Shown here: piece by piece, positions 59,616 to 64,000 of the stretch
How the letters are laid out: each line of letters begins with the position of its first letter
Numbering within the stretch: position 1 is the stretch's first letter
Assembly (NCBI GenBank): GCA_965198175.1
Contig: OZ240245.1
Coordinates: 3,328,001-3,392,000 of the forward strand
From: Candidatus Poribacteria bacterium
GTDB taxonomy: Bacteria > Poribacteria > WGA-4E > PCPOR2b
Direction: 5' to 3'
DNA: 64,000 nt
Notes under the pieces: generated by a model
Database searches by the model: none
What the model was told of the DNA's origin: nothing
What the model saw: only the letters and a program-made list of their open reading frames with translations
Position numbers and translations under genes: made by a program

Positions 59616-60666
59616 ATGAAAAAAGCGCTGTTTTTCGAGTTGAGCCTTTTGTTCGTCTCTGTTCTGTTTCTACAGACCGGCTGCGGTATAAAGCAACATC
59701 AAGCAAATCTCAACAGCCGACTCGCCAAAGGGTATATCCAATGGGGTTTGCCGCAAGGAGCCGTAGCGCGTCTCGGAAAAGGCCGGATAAATGACATCGC
59801 GTATTCGCCCGATGGGACTCAGCTGGCGGTGGCGAGTAGTATCGGGGTTTGGCTCTATAATGCGCAGACCGGTGCCGAAGCCGCGCTCCTCACTGGGCAT
59901 GCGTGTGAGGTCAAATGCGTTGCATATTCCCCGGATGGTAAGACGCTGGCAAGTGGGAGTTTAAAGACGATTCGGCTGTGGGATGCTGTCACTGGACGAC
60001 ATAAGCAGACCCTTGAAGGGCATACAAATTGGGTCAATTCAGTTGCATTCTCCCCAGATGGCAGCACACTCGCGAGTGGAAGTGCGGACGGTACAGCTGG
60101 GTTATGGGATGCTGTGACTGGGGAACATAAGCGGACCCTTTTGGGCAATATGGGTTACACGGGTTGGGTCGTGTCGGTTGCGTATTCCCCGGATGGCAGC
60201 ACGCTTGCCAGTGGGGGTTGGGACAATACGATTCGGTTGTGGGATGCAGTGACTGGCAAACATAAGCGGACCCTCTTGGGAAGTACAGGTGGTATTGTAT
60301 CGTTCGCGTACTCCCCGGATGGTAGGATGCTGGCGAGTGGGAGTAGTGACGGAACAATTCTGCTCTGGCTGCTGAGCAATATCCCGTATATTATAGAGCC
60401 ACTTCGCCCACTCCATACCGTCTCAGCTACATACCCAGAACGCGCACGTCGTGCCGGGAGAGGGGGGGGTTGTATTGCTGGAAGCGTCGATTGCCGTTGA
60501 TGGAATCGCCAGAGATATTAAAGTCATCAGGGGAATCGGATTTGGCTGTAATAAGGTTGCGATTAAAGCCCTAAAGGCATCACGCTTCATCCCAGCCAAA
60601 TCGCGTGGTACGTTGATTGTTTAGACGGTACGAATTCCGTATCGCTTCCAATTAGTAGAAGATTAA
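59616..60666 (+). pseudogene. WD40-repeat lipoprotein fused to a disrupted TonB C-terminal domain
   Basis: SD AAGGAG; lipobox LQTGC; WGLPQGAVARLGKG and about 5 WD40 repeats; YPERARRAG, then a G8 run (60462-60469) shifts the frame. The shifted frame reads GVVLLEASIAVDGIARDIKVIRGIGFGCNKVAIKALKASRFIPAKSRG...*TVRIPYRFQL, with TAG at 60622. Confidence 0.78.
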
Positions 60667-60732
60667 CTATACCTCATGAATCCTTCAGCCCACATCTCTA
60701 TAGGGATAAGAACGGAAACATAACCGTACAAT

Positions 60733-60908
60733 AAAAAGCCCGTCTCAGTACTATAGTAAAACCGATAATTATTTATACACTGCGGTAGGTTCGGTTTCCT
60801 AACCGAACCCGTATTTATCTAGTCCGCGGGTGCGGTTGGAAACCGCACCTACCGAAACATGTGTAAATATGAATGGAATTGACTATAGCGTACCGGGACG
60901 GGCTTTTT
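60733..60908. terminator. Bidirectional terminator-like hairpin split by an insertion
   Basis: AAAAAGCCCGTCTCAGTAC (60733-60751) and GTACCGGGACGGGCTTTTT (60890-60908), between convergent genes. Confidence 0.65.
60751..60888. mobile_element. MITE/REPIN-like element carrying an inverted GTAG REP pair
   Basis: Ends CTATAGT...ACTATAG. Inside: GTAGGTTCGGTTtcctAACCGAACC and GGTGCGGTTggaAACCGCACCTAC. Confidence 0.68.
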
Positions 60909-60936
60909 CGTTAGAACTAAATTGATGGCATACGTT

Positions 60937-61950
60937 CTACTGTCCAGTAACACTCACAACGTTGGTCGGATATTCGCCAACGGGAATCGGCGCGTCGAAT
61001 ATCCCTGTCCGAAGATCGACACGGACAACGGAAGATATGTCCCTTGAGAGAATTGCTTGGTTGGAATCGCTATAGAACACAGGAGCTCCTGCGTCCAATT
61101 CGAGCAGTACCTCCCCCGTCATTCTGTCTATGGTTCTAAGGATATATTGAACAGGGTTTTCATTCTCTCGCGGAACGTCTCTCCTCCTGCTGTGAATGAC
61201 AGAAAGCGGACCAGCGATACGCTTCCATGAGGGATTGAGGCCTTGCCGCGAAGCGAACAGCTCTGGTGCCGACATAGAAGCTACCTCTTCACCGGTCTCC
61301 AGACTGTATGTTTCATAGTATATTTTACCCCTTACAGACCAGACTTTGGTGGCGAACCGCCCGTCGTCAGAGAAGGTACAATTCTGCTGGTTTCGGGTCG
61401 CGTAGAACCCCGGGAGATGGCGCAGAATTGCACCGGTCTCCGCATCGACCGCCACGTCGCCCCCCTGATACTTCGGATGGGCATAACCCGCGAAAATCGT
61501 TTTGCCATCGGGAGAAACTTTCAGGCCGTAGACAGCAGTAATATCCAACCATCTACCTTTAGGCGGCCCCATCTCGAGATGAAACTTCCGCTTAACCTGC
61601 ATCGTACTGACATCGACAATGACAATCGGAAAATAGTCCGTCTGGAAATCCGTTTTTGTACTGCCAATATAATACCCTCTTTCACTGCTGATGTAAAGCG
61701 TTCGACCATCGCGGCTAATATCCAAGCCAGTTGGATTTCCCAGTTCAGGCAGGGGCTCAGAAACCGAAACGACTTGTCCTAGATTGACGTCTATCGTGTA
61801 GATACGTTTATCATCACACGCGACATAAAAATGGGTATTGCCTGAGTCTGTCTTCGGTGTTGCCGCACCGACAGGCGCTGCGAAGACAGCGACAATGAAG
61901 AATAAGGAGAACATCAGCGACCACAGTTTCCTTTTGTGTTTGCTTCCCAT
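60937..61950 (-). CDS. Secreted YncE/YVTN-like beta-propeller protein
   Basis: Signal peptide; GNPTGLDISRDGRTLYIS, GLKVSPDGKTIF, IPVGEYPTNVV. Confidence 0.75.
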   Translation of the reverse strand: MGSKHKRKLWSLMFSLFFIVAVFAAPVGAATPKTDSGNTHFYVACDDKRIYTIDVNLGQVVSVSEPLPELGNPTGLDISRDGRTLYISSERGYYIGSTKTDFQTDYFPIVIVDVSTMQVKRKFHLEMGPPKGRWLDITAVYGLKVSPDGKTIFAGYAHPKYQGGDVAVDAETGAILRHLPGFYATRNQQNCTFSDDGRFATKVWSVRGKIYYETYSLETGEEVASMSAPELFASRQGLNPSWKRIAGPLSVIHSRRRDVPRENENPVQYILRTIDRMTGEVLLELDAGAPVFYSDSNQAILSRDISSVVRVDLRTGIFDAPIPVGEYPTNVVSVTGQ

Positions 61951-62225
61951 TTTACAACTCCTCCATTTTATAAACCAATGGTGCTAGTTTAGAATTTTGG
62001 CGAATGGAATTCTCGGATGCTGGTAGAAACCATTTTGTCAATATTGACAGTAGATTTTAAAAAGCCACGCATCGCCGTTGGGATTACTTCAAAACGCGAG
62101 TCGGTTTCACAATGGCTTTGTTTAATCTCTTTAGTGCAGTGGAATGACCTATCCGTAAGCCAAAATGGCTTTGTCCCTTTTTCAATCGCTCAATTCAGTC
62201 TCTGAACTAGCACCAACGGTTAATA

Positions 62226-63863
62226 TCAGTGGGGGTGTCCATGATGGTGCTGTGGGGCGCCCGCCTCCGGCTTTGGTTCTTCTTCCACCTCCGTGATTAA
62301 TGATTCCGTCGTCAACAATAGACCTGCAACACTAGCAGCGTTTTGAAGTGCGGATCTGACAACCTTGGTTGGGTCGACGATTCCTGACTGGATTAAATCT
62401 TCATATTCACCTGTTTGAGCGTTGAATCCATAACCCTCTTCGCTATCTTTGACTTTGGCAACGACTACGGAGCTCTCCTCACCTGCGTTTTCAGTAATCC
62501 TCCGTATTGGTGCCTCCAAGGCTCTGCGGACGATGTTTACGCCGACCACTTGATCGCCTTCAAGTTGGTAATCAGCGAGCGCAGAACCCGCTCTTAACAG
62601 CGCAAGACCTCCCCCCGGAACAATTCCTTCCTCAACAGCTGCACGGGAGGCAGATAAGGCATCTTCAAACCGTGCCTTTTTCTCTTTCATCTCAGTTTCA
62701 GTTGCTGCGCCGACCCGAATTACAGCAACTCCGCCCGCGAGTTTCGCAAGACGTTCCTCTAGTTTTTCGCCATCGTAATCAGAAGTAGTTTCCTCAATCT
62801 GTCGACGAATTTGATCAATGCGCTTTTCAATGTCTGCTTTCAGACCTGCTCCGTCGACAACCGTAGTATCATCCTTGTTAACGATAACCCGCTTTGCGCT
62901 TCCAAGCATGCCAACAACAAGATTTTCCAACCGAATGCCGATGTCTTCCGAAATGACTTGTCCGTTGGTAAGAACACCTAGGTCCCCGAGCATCTCTTTG
63001 CGACGGTCTCCGAAACCCGGTGCTTTTACAGCGACACACTGACAAACGCCGCGCAGTGTATTTACGACCAAGGCGGCTAAGGCTTCGCCTTCAACGTCCT
63101 CTGCGATGATGAGGAGTGACCGACCAAGCTGGACAACTTTCTCCAAGATTGGGACAAGACTAGCCATTGAGCTAATTTTCCCATCATTAATAAGAATCAG
63201 CGGATCTTCCAACTCGGTAACCATCTGCTCGGAGTTGGTCACGAAATGTGGGGAGAGATACCCGCGGTCAAATTGCATCCCGTCAACATAATCCACGTTC
63301 GTATCAGAACTCTTTCCTTCTTCAACTGTGATGACGCCATCCTCGCCCACTTTGTCCATTGCATCTGCGATGAGTCTCCCAATCACAGAAGCATTCGCCC
63401 GATCATTCGCCGCAATCGAGGCAACCTGCGCGATTTCGTCGTGTGTGCTAATAGCCGTACTCTGATTCTTGAGCGCTTCGACAACAGTCACCACCGTTTT
63501 CTCGATGCCAATCTTTAGTTGCATCGAATCCATGCCCGCGGCAACACTCTTGAGTCCCTCATGGATAATCTCCTGTGCCAACACGGTTGCGGTTGTCGTG
63601 CCATCGCCTGCCACGTCGTTGGTCTTGGTGGCAACCGATTTTAACAACTGCGCCCCCATGTTCTCAAATTGATCGGGAAGTTCAATCTCCTTAGCGACGG
63701 TAACGCCATCACTCGTAATTACCGGCGATCCAAAGGATTTCTGAAGTATGACATTGCGACCACGAGGACCAAGTGTGACTGATACCGCTTGCGCGAGCGT
63801 GTCAGCACCCCGCTGGAGGGCTTCTCGGGCTTCTACATCAAAAATCAGTTGTTTTGCTGCCAT
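62226..63863 (-). CDS. groEL: Chaperonin GroEL (Cpn60) with His-rich C-terminus
   Basis: [39 protein letters not shown]. Ends QHHHGHPH. Confidence 0.98.
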   Translation of the reverse strand: MAAKQLIFDVEAREALQRGADTLAQAVSVTLGPRGRNVILQKSFGSPVITSDGVTVAKEIELPDQFENMGAQLLKSVATKTNDVAGDGTTTATVLAQEIIHEGLKSVAAGMDSMQLKIGIEKTVVTVVEALKNQSTAISTHDEIAQVASIAANDRANASVIGRLIADAMDKVGEDGVITVEEGKSSDTNVDYVDGMQFDRGYLSPHFVTNSEQMVTELEDPLILINDGKISSMASLVPILEKVVQLGRSLLIIAEDVEGEALAALVVNTLRGVCQCVAVKAPGFGDRRKEMLGDLGVLTNGQVISEDIGIRLENLVVGMLGSAKRVIVNKDDTTVVDGAGLKADIEKRIDQIRRQIEETTSDYDGEKLEERLAKLAGGVAVIRVGAATETEMKEKKARFEDALSASRAAVEEGIVPGGGLALLRAGSALADYQLEGDQVVGVNIVRRALEAPIRRITENAGEESSVVVAKVKDSEEGYGFNAQTGEYEDLIQSGIVDPTKVVRSALQNAASVAGLLLTTESLITEVEEEPKPEAGAPQHHHGHPH

Positions 63864-63914
63864 ATTTTTCTCTCCTGTAGCATCGTTATTTTTTCAACGT
63901 GATAGTGGATATTG

Positions 63915-63941
63915 TTAGCACTCATTCTTAGTGAGTGCTAG
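63915..63941 (-). promoter_or_regulatory. CIRCE element (HrcA operator)
   Basis: TTAGCACTC-N9-GAGTGCTAG; one mismatch to the consensus. Confidence 0.93.
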
Positions 63942-63952
63942 CCGAATACGAA

Positions 63953-63982
63953 ATTATACCTCACAACTTCGCAAAAAGTCAA
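63953..63982 (-). promoter_or_regulatory. Sigma70 promoter of groEL
   Basis: TTGACT, 18 bp, TATAAT immediately upstream of CIRCE. Confidence 0.8.
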
Positions 63983-64000
63983 CCTGATTTCTCAATTCAC

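Noticed and set aside
10158..60624. Genome-wide TAG reassignment suggested by in-frame TAGs at 10158 and 60622
   Set aside because: Both genes also carry frameshifts, and TAG ends intact genes (31033, 57387, 59388).

Overview
This is a gene-dense bacterial window. It most likely comes from Candidatus Poribacteria, which is an inference from the secreted mosaic proteins carrying WD40, LRR and dockerin modules with an 'LLxNYPNPFNPETWIP' C-terminal domain, a PhyH dioxygenase and GTAG-type REP repeats. Left arm (minus strand): a partial M36 peptidase missed by the ORF track, a 1820-aa mosaic surface protein and a decayed paralog, a Mo-hydroxylase/Zn-dehydrogenase/AcoX-like/DegT gene run, PhyH, an LPG-synthase-TM protein and a methyltransferase. 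Centre: mutS with a 387-aa LAGLIDADG-type intein in its P-loop, followed by a ~12.3 kb defence island. The island is a Type III RM system whose res and mod genes are split by cargo, including a SLATT-TIR-SLATT module. Behind mod lie two cassettes: a GHKL kinase-STAS-PIN triad and an ABC ATPase plus putative nuclease. The first is coupled to the true mod 3' end and the second to a duplicated copy of it. Right arm: a BatA/vWA protein, a DNase I-like lipoprotein, an ECF sigma factor with a C-terminal extension, three paralogous ~1350-aa beta-propeller lipoproteins followed by a probable outer-membrane barrel, a broken WD40-TonB fusion, and a CIRCE-controlled stand-alone groEL with a His-rich tail. 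No rRNA, tRNA, CRISPR array, integrase or transposase was seen. All domain calls are by eye from motifs; no database search was run.
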